Of a stretch of 33,565 nucleotides of DNA, positions 15,147 to 24,478 are shown piece after piece. The notes under the pieces were generated by a model. It did no database searches, was not told the origin of the DNA, and saw only the letters and a program-made list of their open reading frames with translations. The translations under genes and the position numbers were made by a program. This DNA comes from a virus (lineage: Duplodnaviria; Caudoviricetes): the IMG/VR virus record IMGVR_UViG_3300009678_000110, positions 1 to 33,565 of that record, one strand, 5' to 3'. Position 1 is the stretch's first letter; each line of letters begins with the position of its first letter.

Positions 15147-15736
15147 CGATCAGCAAGGCGCTCCAGCGCGCGCTACTCAACTCCCGCAACGCCCGCCTCG
15201 AGCGCTTCGTACGCGCAGGCGCGGGGTTCTTTTCGCCGCAGAAGGCGATCACCACGACCGGCTGGGGCCAGGCATCGCCGCTCACCGCGGCCGAGAAGAC
15301 GCGCCCCGTCCTGATCGTGACGTCGTTCGAGTGGATCGGACCCGGTCTGACGGACTACCCGAGCGCGCCGAACATCTTCCACACCGGCTTCACGCGACTG
15401 CAGGCGGGCGGGCTCAACAACGAGCTCGTGCTTTCAGACGTCACCGGCTTTCAGGTTCCGCTGATCACGCTCAGCATGTACCAACTCGCGCCGGTCGGCG
15501 GCGTCCACTACATCGCAGTGCTGCTCGATCCGGTCGGCGACCGCTGCGCGATCTGGTTCGACGGCGATCAGGTGGGCCAGGCCGCCTTCGGCGTGAACAC
15601 ACTGGACGCCGGGTTCATCGCCTACCTCGCGCGCGACCCGTTCAACGATCCGGGCGAGCCGCAGTATTCGAACATCGGCACGGTCGGCCCGCTCGAGTTC
15701 TTTCCCGGGTTCGTCCCGCCCACCTTCGTGTTCTAG
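15143..15736 (+). CDS. Putative head decoration protein, LamG/concanavalin-like (paralog B, 197 aa)
   Basis: GTG 15143 (GTGA overlap, AGGA SD); aligns end to end with paralog A. Confidence 0.6.
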   Translation: MTISKALQRALLNSRNARLERFVRAGAGFFSPQKAITTTGWGQASPLTAAEKTRPVLIVTSFEWIGPGLTDYPSAPNIFHTGFTRLQAGGLNNELVLSDVTGFQVPLITLSMYQLAPVGGVHYIAVLLDPVGDRCAIWFDGDQVGQAAFGVNTLDAGFIAYLARDPFNDPGEPQYSNIGTVGPLEFFPGFVPPTFVF

Positions 15737-15745
15737 GAGCGCGCC

Positions 15746-16321
15746 ATGGCAGTCGCGGCTGACATCATCGTGGAAGACGGCACCGGGCTGGACACGGCCA
15801 ACTCGTACGTTGCGATCGCCGACGGCGACATCTACCACGAGCACCGCGGCAACACGGCGTGGACCGACGCGACGCAGGACGCGAAGGCGACGGCGCTGAT
15901 CCACGCGACCGAGTACCTGGACATGCGCTGGTCGTTCATCGGCTCCCCGACCTTTCCGGGCGACCCGACGAACCTCGCGCAGGCGCTCCAGTGGCCGCGC
16001 ACCGACGACGCCTTCCTGGTGGACTCGCGCGGCAACCAGTACGGCGACGACGAGATCCCGTTCTGGATCGTGAACGCCACGCTCGAGTACGCGCTCGCGT
16101 ACCTCACGACCGGTCGGCTCCTGCCCGATCCCACGGTGCCCGACACCGCCGGCCGGTTCGTCACCCTGAAGCGTGAAAAGCTCGGCCCGCTCGAGGAAGA
16201 GACGCGCTACAGCGACTCGCGCGGCACGAGCACGAGCAAGCGCACCTACGCGCTCGCCGACAAGATCATCCGGCAGAGCGGCCTCGCGGTCACGGGCGGC
16301 GATCGCGCCATTCGGGCGTAG
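15746..16321 (+). CDS. Head-tail adaptor (DnaT-like domain)
   Basis: IIVEDGTGL..ANSY......Y...RG..W......AL..AT.YLD...QALQWPR...IP..I..A..E.A...KREKLGPLEEE..Y. Confidence 0.88.
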   Translation: MAVAADIIVEDGTGLDTANSYVAIADGDIYHEHRGNTAWTDATQDAKATALIHATEYLDMRWSFIGSPTFPGDPTNLAQALQWPRTDDAFLVDSRGNQYGDDEIPFWIVNATLEYALAYLTTGRLLPDPTVPDTAGRFVTLKREKLGPLEEETRYSDSRGTSTSKRTYALADKIIRQSGLAVTGGDRAIRA

Positions 16322-16323
16322 CC

Positions 16324-16722
16324 GTGGCGCTCCACGACAACTTCGTCGATCTCATGGACCGGCTCGTCGAGAAGCACGGCCGCGAGATCCTGATCCGCCG
16401 GCAGACGGGCTCCGCGCTGAAGATCGCGGGTCGCCCCGAAGCGGGCGTGCAGCCCAGCTACACGAACACGACGCAGAAGGTCGTCTTCCTCGACCACGAC
16501 ACGCGCGACCTTTTGCTCGCGATCCCCGGCGCGGCCGACGAGCAGACGATGATCACGCGCGAGATCGACCGGCTCGTGATGGTCCCCGCCAAGCGGCTGA
16601 CCTTCGAGCTCACCGACGACCACAAGATCGTGGACGGCGCGAAGGTCTTCGAGATCACGCGCGTCGTGAAGCTCCAGCCCGGGCCGACGCTCGTCGGCTA
16701 CATCGTGCGGGTGGCCATCTAA
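16324..16722 (+). CDS. Head closure / stopper protein
   Basis: Size and position after adaptor; L.EKHGR...D.I.DG...F.I..V..L.PG..L.Y pattern. Confidence 0.7.
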   Translation: MALHDNFVDLMDRLVEKHGREILIRRQTGSALKIAGRPEAGVQPSYTNTTQKVVFLDHDTRDLLLAIPGAADEQTMITREIDRLVMVPAKRLTFELTDDHKIVDGAKVFEITRVVKLQPGPTLVGYIVRVAI

Positions 16723-17153
16723 TGGCGCAGACCTACGACGAAGCGATCCAGGAGCTCAGCGCCTACATCCGCACGCGGTGGACCGCGGCGGGCGGCGTGC
16801 TCGCGAACCTCGCGTACGAGGACCAGGACTTCGACCCGCCCGCGAACAAGACGTCGTGGGCGCGGCTGACAATCAAGCACCACTCGGGCGCCAAGTCGCT
16901 CGGCAGCGGCACCAGCGCGGTCTACCGACGGCGCGGGCAACTAACGCTGCAGGTGTTCACGGCGATCGGGGAGGAGGGCCCCGGAGCCGTGGGGGCGCGC
17001 CAGCTTGGCGGGCCCATCGTGCAAGACATGGAAAGCGTCGGAGCCGTTGGCAACATCTGGTTCCGCAATTCAGTGATGCGAGAAATCGGCGTGGATGGGG
17101 TGTGGTACCAGATCCACGTGCAGACCGATTTCGTCTACGACCGGACCACCTAG
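16722..17153 (+). CDS. Tail terminator protein (143 aa)
   Basis: TAATG coupling; F.PP....WARL.......SLG......R.G.L..QVF.......WYQ..V...F. Confidence 0.78.
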   Translation: MAQTYDEAIQELSAYIRTRWTAAGGVLANLAYEDQDFDPPANKTSWARLTIKHHSGAKSLGSGTSAVYRRRGQLTLQVFTAIGEEGPGAVGARQLGGPIVQDMESVGAVGNIWFRNSVMREIGVDGVWYQIHVQTDFVYDRTT

Positions 17154-17165
17154 CAGGAGGGAATC

Positions 17166-18662
17166 ATGTCCGATACCAATCGAGTCGCAGTACGCGCCGT
17201 GAAGGAGGTGACCTACGGTATCGTGCCGACGGCGCCGTTCCTTCGCGACATCCCCTACAGCGGGGCGCCCAACCTGGGCTTCGTGCCGGAGACCGTCGTC
17301 TCCGAGCTCATTCGCTCGGATCGTCAGATCGACGACCTCGTGCTCGTCGGCGCCGAGGCGGCTGGCGACTTCAACTCCGAGCTCGCGTTCGGCATCCACG
17401 ACTACCTTTTCGAGGGCGCGTGGTTCAACACCTTCCAGGTGCGGAACAAGTGGACGAACACCGAGGAAGAGACGCAGATCACCGCCGTCACGGCCACGCA
17501 GTTCACCGTCACCAACGAGGGCTTCACGCCCGTCATCAACGACATCGTGCGCGGGCAGGGCTTCACCAACGCGGCGAACAACGGCTACCACATCGTGAAC
17601 GGCGCGCCGACCACGACCGCGGTGACCGTGGCGACCGCGCTGACCATCGAGGCGTCGCCGCCCTTGCGCGCGCGACTGCACACCGTCGGGCGCCGCAGCG
17701 CGGCCGGCGATCTCGACCTGACGATCACGGGCAGCACTGGCACGCTCGCGTCGACGGTCCTGAACTTCACCACGCTCGGCCTCCAGGCGGGCGACTGGGT
17801 GAAGCTCGCGGGCTTCTCGGCGACGCCGGCCAACAACGGCTGGTACCGCATCAGCGTGACGCCGACGGCGACGCTGCTCACCTTCGGCATCGTGCCGACG
17901 GGCGCGGCCACCGAGGCGCCGGCCGGCGCGGTCGACGTCTACATGGGCGAGCGGCTGACGAACAGCACGACCCGCATCTCGTACACGCTCGAGGAAGAGT
18001 TCGCGGACCACTCGCCCGTGACCTTCCAGTATTTCCGCGGCATGATGGTCGACGGTCTCACGCTGACGGCGGAGCCGCAGTCGATCATCACGGTCGGGTT
18101 CACCTTCTCGGGCAAGGACGCGTTCTTCAGCGACACCGGCATTCCCGCGACGGTGCCCGCGCAGCTTCCCGCGGTGGCCGGCAACGGCCGCGTGGGTTCG
18201 GCGACCACGGTGACCACGGGCCAGGTGAACGTGCTCAACTCGAGCTCGAACGTCGGCCGCATCGCGCGCGGCGGCGTGCCCATCTCGGGCAGCAACTTCG
18301 TGCTCGAGGCCACCTTCGAGATCGCGAACAACCTGCGCCAGCAGCCGGCGGTCGGCTTCATCGGCGCGGTCGGCATCGGCGTCGGCGAATTCGGAGTGAC
18401 GGGCTCGCTCAGCACGTACTTCGACAACGCGACGCTGGCCCGCGACGTGGTGAGCAACGCGGAGACCTCGTTCGACGTTCGCTTCGCGGACATCTCGGGC
18501 CAGGTGCTCCTGCTCGACGCGCCGCGGATCAAGTTCTCGGAGGGCTCGCCCGAGGTGCCCGGCAAGAACCAGGACGTGACCGTCCCGCTCGCCTACCAGG
18601 CGATCCGCCACCCGGTGTTCAACTACACCCTGGCGCTGTTCCGCTTCTACGGCTCGCAGTAG
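17166..18662 (+). CDS. Major tail tube protein with inserted accessory domains
   Basis: MSDTNRV....E.TYG..P, SE.IRSDRQ..D, G.F.SEL, F.G..V..L.L, IANNLR, VTGSL..YF.N; GGAGG SD. Confidence 0.9.
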   Translation: MSDTNRVAVRAVKEVTYGIVPTAPFLRDIPYSGAPNLGFVPETVVSELIRSDRQIDDLVLVGAEAAGDFNSELAFGIHDYLFEGAWFNTFQVRNKWTNTEEETQITAVTATQFTVTNEGFTPVINDIVRGQGFTNAANNGYHIVNGAPTTTAVTVATALTIEASPPLRARLHTVGRRSAAGDLDLTITGSTGTLASTVLNFTTLGLQAGDWVKLAGFSATPANNGWYRISVTPTATLLTFGIVPTGAATEAPAGAVDVYMGERLTNSTTRISYTLEEEFADHSPVTFQYFRGMMVDGLTLTAEPQSIITVGFTFSGKDAFFSDTGIPATVPAQLPAVAGNGRVGSATTVTTGQVNVLNSSSNVGRIARGGVPISGSNFVLEATFEIANNLRQQPAVGFIGAVGIGVGEFGVTGSLSTYFDNATLARDVVSNAETSFDVRFADISGQVLLLDAPRIKFSEGSPEVPGKNQDVTVPLAYQAIRHPVFNYTLALFRFYGSQ

Positions 18663-18671
18663 TAGCTGATC

Positions 18672-18706
18672 GGGGCCATGTTCACAGCGGGTGTGAACAT
18701 GGCCCC
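18672..18706 (+). terminator. 15-bp perfect hairpin after tail tube gene (terminator/attenuator or mRNA stabiliser)
   Basis: GGGGCCATGTTCACA-GCGGG-TGTGAACATGGCCCC, weak U-tract. Confidence 0.6.
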
Positions 18707-18746
18707 TTCAGTGAACATTCCGAAACCCCCAACAGGAGAAACCCCC

Positions 18747-19169
18747 ATGGCTTCCAAGCCGCTCAGTCTGGTGTTCGGTACGAGCGCGGCGCTCGAGACC
18801 GACGGCATCGTGATCAACTACGGCGAGTACGGCTCGTTCCGCTGCGCGCGCGCAGGCGGAAAGAACAAGGCCTTCCGCAACCTCATGGAGCGCAAGCTGC
18901 GGCCCTACCGCAGCGCGATCAACATGGGGACGATGGACGAGTCGATCCTCGAGAAGCTGACGCACGAGTGCTTCGCCGAGGCGGTCGTGCTCGGCTGGGA
19001 CATCTGCGAGCAGAACGAGCTCGGCGAGATCGTGCCCGTGCCGTTCAGCCGCGAGAAGTGCGTCGCGCTCTTCCAGCAGTACCCCGACCTGTTCTCGGAT
19101 CTGCTGCAGCAGACGCAGACCGTGATCAACTTCGTCGAAGAGTCGCGAGACGCCGACGCAAAAAGCTGA
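18747..19169 (+). CDS. Tail assembly chaperone (gpG-like, 140 aa)
   Basis: AGGAG SD before ATG 18747; F.T....E..G...Y......ARAGG.N..F; between tail tube and TMP. Confidence 0.85.
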   Translation: MASKPLSLVFGTSAALETDGIVINYGEYGSFRCARAGGKNKAFRNLMERKLRPYRSAINMGTMDESILEKLTHECFAEAVVLGWDICEQNELGEIVPVPFSREKCVALFQQYPDLFSDLLQQTQTVINFVEESRDADAKS

Positions 19170-19588
19170 GGGAGTTCCTAGAGTGGCGGCTGGTTCACGG
19201 CCGCCACGCGAAGGCGATCATCGACGCCGCGCGTGAGACAGGGGCTCCCATACCGGCCAGCATCATGAACGCGCCGCTGCCCGAGGACGCCTACCAGGTC
19301 CGGGTGTTCGAAGCGTTCGAGAAGCTGAGCACGTGTCGACAGATCGTGATGGGCGCCGTCGGGCCCATCCCCTGGTCGGCCATCGACCAGTACGCCCAGC
19401 GCATGGGCGTCGCCGACGACGAGCTCGCCTACGAGGACTTCGTGGCGATCGTGCAAGAGCTCGACGAGGCCTTCATCGAGAAGCGCCACAAAGAGATCGC
19501 GGCAGAGCGAAAGAAGCAGGAGCAGGCTAACAATGGCCGATCCCGAACAATTCGCCGCACGACTCCGAGCAATCGCGGAGGGCGTTGA
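19160..19588 (+). CDS. Tail assembly chaperone extension (gpT-like), probably via -1 frameshift
   Basis: -1 frame opens at GCAAAAAG (19158-19165); AF..LSTCR..MG..GPIPWSAI..YA (DUF1799-like). Confidence 0.75.
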   Translation, partial: KKLREFLEWRLVHGRHAKAIIDAARETGAPIPASIMNAPLPEDAYQVRVFEAFEKLSTCRQIVMGAVGPIPWSAIDQYAQRMGVADDELAYEDFVAIVQELDEAFIEKRHKEIAAERKKQEQANNGRSRTIRRTTPSNRGGR

Positions 19589-19982
19589 GCTCAACTCCGG
19601 CAGGGCGGTGAAAGACGCAGCAGCGGCGGCGCTAGTCGCGCTGGTGCGTCTCACCCCCGTCGGAGGGCCCCCCACTTCCCCGCGCGACCCGCACCCGGGC
19701 CTCGCGCGATCCAACTGGCACGTCCTCGCGGGCGAAGCGACCGCGCGCGTCCAGCGAGAAGCAACGACCGAGGGCGACGCCGTGGGCGCCGGCCTCGCGG
19801 TGATCAACGGCCTCGGCCGCCCCGACGCCGTCACCATTTCGAATCCCGTCCCGTACATCAACAAGCTGAACGATGGTTCGAGCTCTCAGGCTCCGGCCGG
19901 CTTTGTGCAAGCCGCGCTCGCCGCCGCGTCCACGGCCCTGCGCCGTGTCCGACTGCTCACCAACGTCCGGTCCCGTTCCTAA
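19533..19982 (+). CDS. HK97 gp10-like tail completion protein
   Basis: TPV....G.ARSNW....ISNPVPYINKLNDGSS.QAPAGFV. Confidence 0.8.
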   Translation: MADPEQFAARLRAIAEGVELNSGRAVKDAAAAALVALVRLTPVGGPPTSPRDPHPGLARSNWHVLAGEATARVQREATTEGDAVGAGLAVINGLGRPDAVTISNPVPYINKLNDGSSSQAPAGFVQAALAAASTALRRVRLLTNVRSRS

Positions 19983-19991
19983 GGAAAGCCG

Positions 19992-22900
19992 ATGGCACTC
20001 GAGTCTCTGGACATCCGAGTCCGACAGCAGGGCGCGCGCACCGTTGCGCGCGACATCCGCAACATCGGCTTCGCCGCAAGCGCCGTCTCCGGTGAGCTTT
20101 CGACGACCAGCCGCATTCTGCGCGGCCTCGCGATCGCCTCCGTAGCACGGCGCATTTTTGCTTTCGCGGACTCGTTCACCAACCTGACGAACCGCGTGCG
20201 CCTGTTCTCGGACAGCCAGGCCGAAGCGAACAAGACGACCAACGAGTTGATCGGGATCGCGAACCGCGCGCGTGTCGCCACGGACGCCGTCTCGCTCACC
20301 TACCAGCGGCTCGCCATCAACCAGGATCGGCTGGGCCTCAGCACCGAGCGCGTGCTGAAGCTCACCGAGACGCTGAGCAAGGCCGTCGCGATCGGCGGCT
20401 CGTCCGCGCAGGAAGCGGGCGGCGCGTTGCGCCAGTTCAGCCAGGCGTTGTCGGGCGACTTCAAGGCCGCCGCGCAGGAATTGAACAGCGTGCTCGAGCA
20501 GACCCCGGGTCTCGCCGACGCGTTGGCGGACGGCCTCGGCATCTCGACCGACCGTATCAAGGTGCTGGCCAAGGAAGGCAAGCTCAATTCGGACATCGTG
20601 ATCAAGGCCCTCGAGTCGCAGGCCGACGTCATCGAGGCGCGGTTCTCGCGCATCGCCCCGACCATCGGGCAGGCTTTCACGGTGCTGACCAACTCGACCG
20701 AGGTGCTAGTCGGGCAGTTCTTCCGCGTGTCCGACGTGGGCAAGGTGATCACGGGCAACCTGATCTCGCTGAGCCAGCGCATCCTGCAGCTTGCGCTCGA
20801 CGAGGACCGGCTGAACGAGATCATCAACAAGACGGCCGACCTTTTCAAGGCGCTGATCGCGATCAAGATCGCGAAGTTCCTGTTCGATGTCGCCCGGGGC
20901 TTCGACGTCGCGTTTGTTGCGGCCACGCGCTTCGCGCGCGTGCCCCTTCTCACGCTGCTCACGTCGCTGCCCGCCACCCTCGCGCGTGTCGTCACTGGCC
21001 TGGGGGCCGTGCGCGGCAGCCTGCTCGTGCTGATCGCCGCCAACCCCTTCACCCTCCTGCTCGCCGGAATCACCGCCTTCCTGGCTCTGCTGTTCAGCGT
21101 GCGCAATGAGACCGTCACCCTCGGTGGCGAGACCGTGCGCGTGCAAGACGTGATCGTGGCCGGCTTCGAGATCCTGGTCGAGAACACGAAGGCGTGGGTC
21201 GGCCGGTTGCTCGAGGCGACGAAGACGTTCCGCGATCTGCTCCCGACGGCTCGGCAGTTCTTCAACTCCGTGATCGCCGGCTTCACCATCGTCGGCCGCA
21301 TCGTCGGCGAGGTGATGGGCGCGATCGTGGAGGATGCAACCGAGGGCTTCCGCCTACTCGGGCAGACCATCCTCGACGTGATCGACGCCGCGGCGAAGGC
21401 GTCCGTGGGCGACTTCAAGGGCGCCTTCGAGACGCTGACGCGCGACCTTCCCGTTGCCGCCGAGTCGGCGTTCAGCCGGATCGACATCGGAAAGATCATC
21501 TCCGAGGAAGGGAAGCGCGACTTCCTGCAGGAGGCCACCAGCCTCTTCGAGCGCGCCTTCGGGCCCGAGCTCGCGGAGCGCGCGGCGAAGCGGTTCCGCG
21601 AGTCGCTGCAGCAGTCCGTGGCGGGCGCCGAGCCCGGGGCCATCGCACCCGCGCCGGGCGTCGGCCTCGGCAGTGTGTTCGCGCTGACCGAGCAGCAGAA
21701 GGCGGTCACGAGCGTGATCGCGACCATGGACGTCGCGACCCGTGTCGCGCTCGAGTACCTGGACGCGAACACCGAGCTCCAGAAGGCCGTCGCCGCGAAC
21801 GTGATCTCGGAGAAAGAGCGCGCCGCGATCCTGAAGCAACTCGCGACTAACGACTTCCGCCGTCTCGCCGCCGAGACGGACGACCTCGCGTCGCTGACGA
21901 TCGACTACAACGACGCGCTCGCCGAGCTCCGCGCCCGCGCGACCGCGGCCGGCATCGGCTCGAACGAGCTCAACGCAGCGATCGACCGCCAGCGCGACGT
22001 GTTCGAGAAGGCCCGCTTCGACCTGAAGCGCTACCAGGAGTCGCTGAGCGCGACCGAGGCGCTGCAGGAGGGCGTGACCCGCGGCTTCCAGCGCTTCACC
22101 GAGGGGCTGGGCACGATCGCGTCGAACGTCGCCGACCTGACGCAGAGCCTCCTCGACCAGGGCCTCTCCGCGATCGAGGAGTTCACGCGCACCGGCACTC
22201 TCGACTTCCGCCAGTTCGCGCTGGACGTGATCGCCGAGATTCAGAAGGTCATTCTGAAGATGCTGGCGCTCCGTGTTATTCAGGGCCTCGGCGGCGGCAA
22301 GAGCCCGGAGGGCGCGAGCACCGACACGGGTGCGGGCGGCGTGCTGGGCATTGTCGGCGAGATCCTGGGCGGCTCGCGGCCCGGCAAGGGCAACACGGGT
22401 GGCTCGAGCGCGGATCCCCTGTTCGTGCAGATCATCAACGCCGGGCAGGTGGGCTCCGACACGACGTCGAAGATCACCGAGGCGATCGGGATCAACGGGC
22501 AGGACCAGGCCGCGCGCGATCAGCAGAAGACGGCGACCGAGGCGGGGTTCTTCTCGACCCTGCTCTCGGGCATCGGCAACGCGTTCACCAGCACGGTCGA
22601 CACGATCGGTGGCCTGTTCAGCACCGGCTTCAACGGGTTGTCGCGCGGGCTCGGTCAGCTTGGCTCGTTCATCGGCAGCGGTCTCTCGAGCCTGGCCTCG
22701 GGCCTCGGCGGTGCGATCTCTTCGCTCGTCGGCCTGTTCGGCGGCGGGGGAGGCGGCGACACGACTAGCCAGATTCTCGGCCTCGTCGGCGGCATCGTCG
22801 GCGTCGCGGGCGGGCTGCAGACCGGCGGCTCGCTCGGCGCGTCCGACCTCGGCAAGACGTTCCTCGTCGGTGAGAGCGGCCCCGAGCTCTTCACGCCGAA

Positions 22901-23096
22901 GCAGACGGGCACCGTGATTCCGAACGAGGCGCTGGCCTCGATGCAGCAGAGCGCGCCGCCCCAGGTGAACGTGCAGGTGGTGAACGTCGACGACCCGACG
23001 ACCGTCCCGAACGCGATGTCCACGCGCGAGGGCGAGCAGGTGGTCCTCAACATCATCCAGCGCAACCGCGGCAAGCTCCGCCAGATCATCGCGTAG
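19992..23096 (+). CDS. Tape measure protein (1034 aa)
   Basis: N-terminal tape-measure domain (ADSFTNL.NR, GGSSAQEA.GAL.QFSQAL, ELNSVLEQ.P), Ala/Gly helical body, C-terminal VGE.GPELF.P. Confidence 0.95.
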   Translation: MALESLDIRVRQQGARTVARDIRNIGFAASAVSGELSTTSRILRGLAIASVARRIFAFADSFTNLTNRVRLFSDSQAEANKTTNELIGIANRARVATDAVSLTYQRLAINQDRLGLSTERVLKLTETLSKAVAIGGSSAQEAGGALRQFSQALSGDFKAAAQELNSVLEQTPGLADALADGLGISTDRIKVLAKEGKLNSDIVIKALESQADVIEARFSRIAPTIGQAFTVLTNSTEVLVGQFFRVSDVGKVITGNLISLSQRILQLALDEDRLNEIINKTADLFKALIAIKIAKFLFDVARGFDVAFVAATRFARVPLLTLLTSLPATLARVVTGLGAVRGSLLVLIAANPFTLLLAGITAFLALLFSVRNETVTLGGETVRVQDVIVAGFEILVENTKAWVGRLLEATKTFRDLLPTARQFFNSVIAGFTIVGRIVGEVMGAIVEDATEGFRLLGQTILDVIDAAAKASVGDFKGAFETLTRDLPVAAESAFSRIDIGKIISEEGKRDFLQEATSLFERAFGPELAERAAKRFRESLQQSVAGAEPGAIAPAPGVGLGSVFALTEQQKAVTSVIATMDVATRVALEYLDANTELQKAVAANVISEKERAAILKQLATNDFRRLAAETDDLASLTIDYNDALAELRARATAAGIGSNELNAAIDRQRDVFEKARFDLKRYQESLSATEALQEGVTRGFQRFTEGLGTIASNVADLTQSLLDQGLSAIEEFTRTGTLDFRQFALDVIAEIQKVILKMLALRVIQGLGGGKSPEGASTDTGAGGVLGIVGEILGGSRPGKGNTGGSSADPLFVQIINAGQVGSDTTSKITEAIGINGQDQAARDQQKTATEAGFFSTLLSGIGNAFTSTVDTIGGLFSTGFNGLSRGLGQLGSFIGSGLSSLASGLGGAISSLVGLFGGGGGGDTTSQILGLVGGIVGVAGGLQTGGSLGASDLGKTFLVGESGPELFTPKQTGTVIPNEALASMQQSAPPQVNVQVVNVDDPTTVPNAMSTREGEQVVLNIIQRNRGKLRQIIA

Positions 23097-23106
23097 GAGA
23101 TCCCCC

Positions 23107-24468
23107 ATGGCATTCGTAATCTCGGCCGGCGCTGCGGCGCCCGGCGGCTATGTGATCCCGACGGGTCACACCGTCGCCGCAGTCGGCAACCAGGAGTTGT
23201 TCTTTCGCGTGCGGCGCTACCTCACGGGCAACCCGGAGATCGCGACGAACGTGGAGATCGGGACGCACTCGAACGTGCTCGAGCAGATCGACACGCACAA
23301 GAACCTCGCGCTGACCACGGGTACGTACTCGCTTCGCCACAACGGCGGCGACGTGTTCACCCTTTCGCACAGCACGGCGGGGGTGCTCGACGCGGCGATC
23401 GCAGCGGCGGCGGGCGTGTCGACGGACTACAACTTCAACGGCCAGCAGACGCACGGCCTCGCGTTCCGCATCAACCGCGTGGACAACTCGGATCCGCCGA
23501 CGGCGACGACGGAGGGCTGGGACTTCACGCTCGCGACGAACGGGCTCGGCACGAACGACCGCTGGTTCGCGGAGTTCGAGGCCGCGACGACCAACCTCGC
23601 GAAGACGGCGGTCAACCTGCGCGGGCGCCGCGTGTCCGCGTCGGTTGACGCGACGGACTACTTCTGGGTCCGGTTCAACATCGACAACACCTCGGGCACT
23701 CTGGTGCTCCGCGGGTTCGAGAACGCCACGGGCGCGGGCAACGTGTCGACGTTGGTCTACATGGCGGTCGGCACGGGATCCAGCATCTCTTACTGGCTCG
23801 TCGCCAGCCATCGCCACTTCGGTCTGGTCACCCGCGTGTCGGGCGACTATCACCAGATGTGGGGCGGCTTCATCGACACGTTTTCGACGAAGCAGCAGTA
23901 CCCGTACCCGCTCCTGGTCGCGGGCGACACGACGGTATTCAACACCGCGCCCAACTCGACCGTCGAGAGCCACATGGCGCCGTGGTTGAACGGCGCGGGC
24001 TCTGCGTACTTCCGCACCCCGGAAGGGGTGTGGCGAGTGGTGAAGGGGCGCGGGGTGCAGAGCGGCACCGGCTTCGCCTCGGGCGATCTGCAGACGAGCG
24101 CGCCGAGCGCTGGCGAGTCGTGCTTCTGGCCGTGGGCCTCGCCGTCTTTCACCATTCAGGGCGTACAGTACGGCGCGCAAGGGCGCGGCGTGGGCACGAA
24201 CATCTACCTCGGCGGCGCTTTGTTCATCACGCCGATGCGCGGCGCACCGTCCGCGGAGCGTTATGCGTTGCCGTGCATGGTGATCCAGGGCGAGTCGGAC
24301 CGCCACCCGATCACGGGCGAGGTCGCCAGCGTGTTCTGCACGAACGGGCTCGCGCAGCCGGGCGTGCCGCTCGAGGAGATCTTCACCGTCGGCGCCGATC
24401 CGTACGTCATGTTCCCGAACATCTCGCGACAGCAGGAGCAAAACTTCTGGTCGCTCAAGCTGGTGTAG
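23107..24468 (+). CDS. Tail/virion structural protein (453 aa)
   Basis: Directly after TMP; YW.......GFI.......YPYPL.VAG motif seen in YuA-like post-TMP proteins. Confidence 0.7.
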   Translation: MAFVISAGAAAPGGYVIPTGHTVAAVGNQELFFRVRRYLTGNPEIATNVEIGTHSNVLEQIDTHKNLALTTGTYSLRHNGGDVFTLSHSTAGVLDAAIAAAAGVSTDYNFNGQQTHGLAFRINRVDNSDPPTATTEGWDFTLATNGLGTNDRWFAEFEAATTNLAKTAVNLRGRRVSASVDATDYFWVRFNIDNTSGTLVLRGFENATGAGNVSTLVYMAVGTGSSISYWLVASHRHFGLVTRVSGDYHQMWGGFIDTFSTKQQYPYPLLVAGDTTVFNTAPNSTVESHMAPWLNGAGSAYFRTPEGVWRVVKGRGVQSGTGFASGDLQTSAPSAGESCFWPWASPSFTIQGVQYGAQGRGVGTNIYLGGALFITPMRGAPSAERYALPCMVIQGESDRHPITGEVASVFCTNGLAQPGVPLEEIFTVGADPYVMFPNISRQQEQNFWSLKLV

Positions 24469-24478
24469 GAGATCCCCC

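Noticed and set aside
16778-19160. 936-aa + strand ORF in the track
   Set aside because: Arg-rich off-frame shadow of the terminator, tube and chaperone genes; only the part after ~19160 is real (gpT-like)
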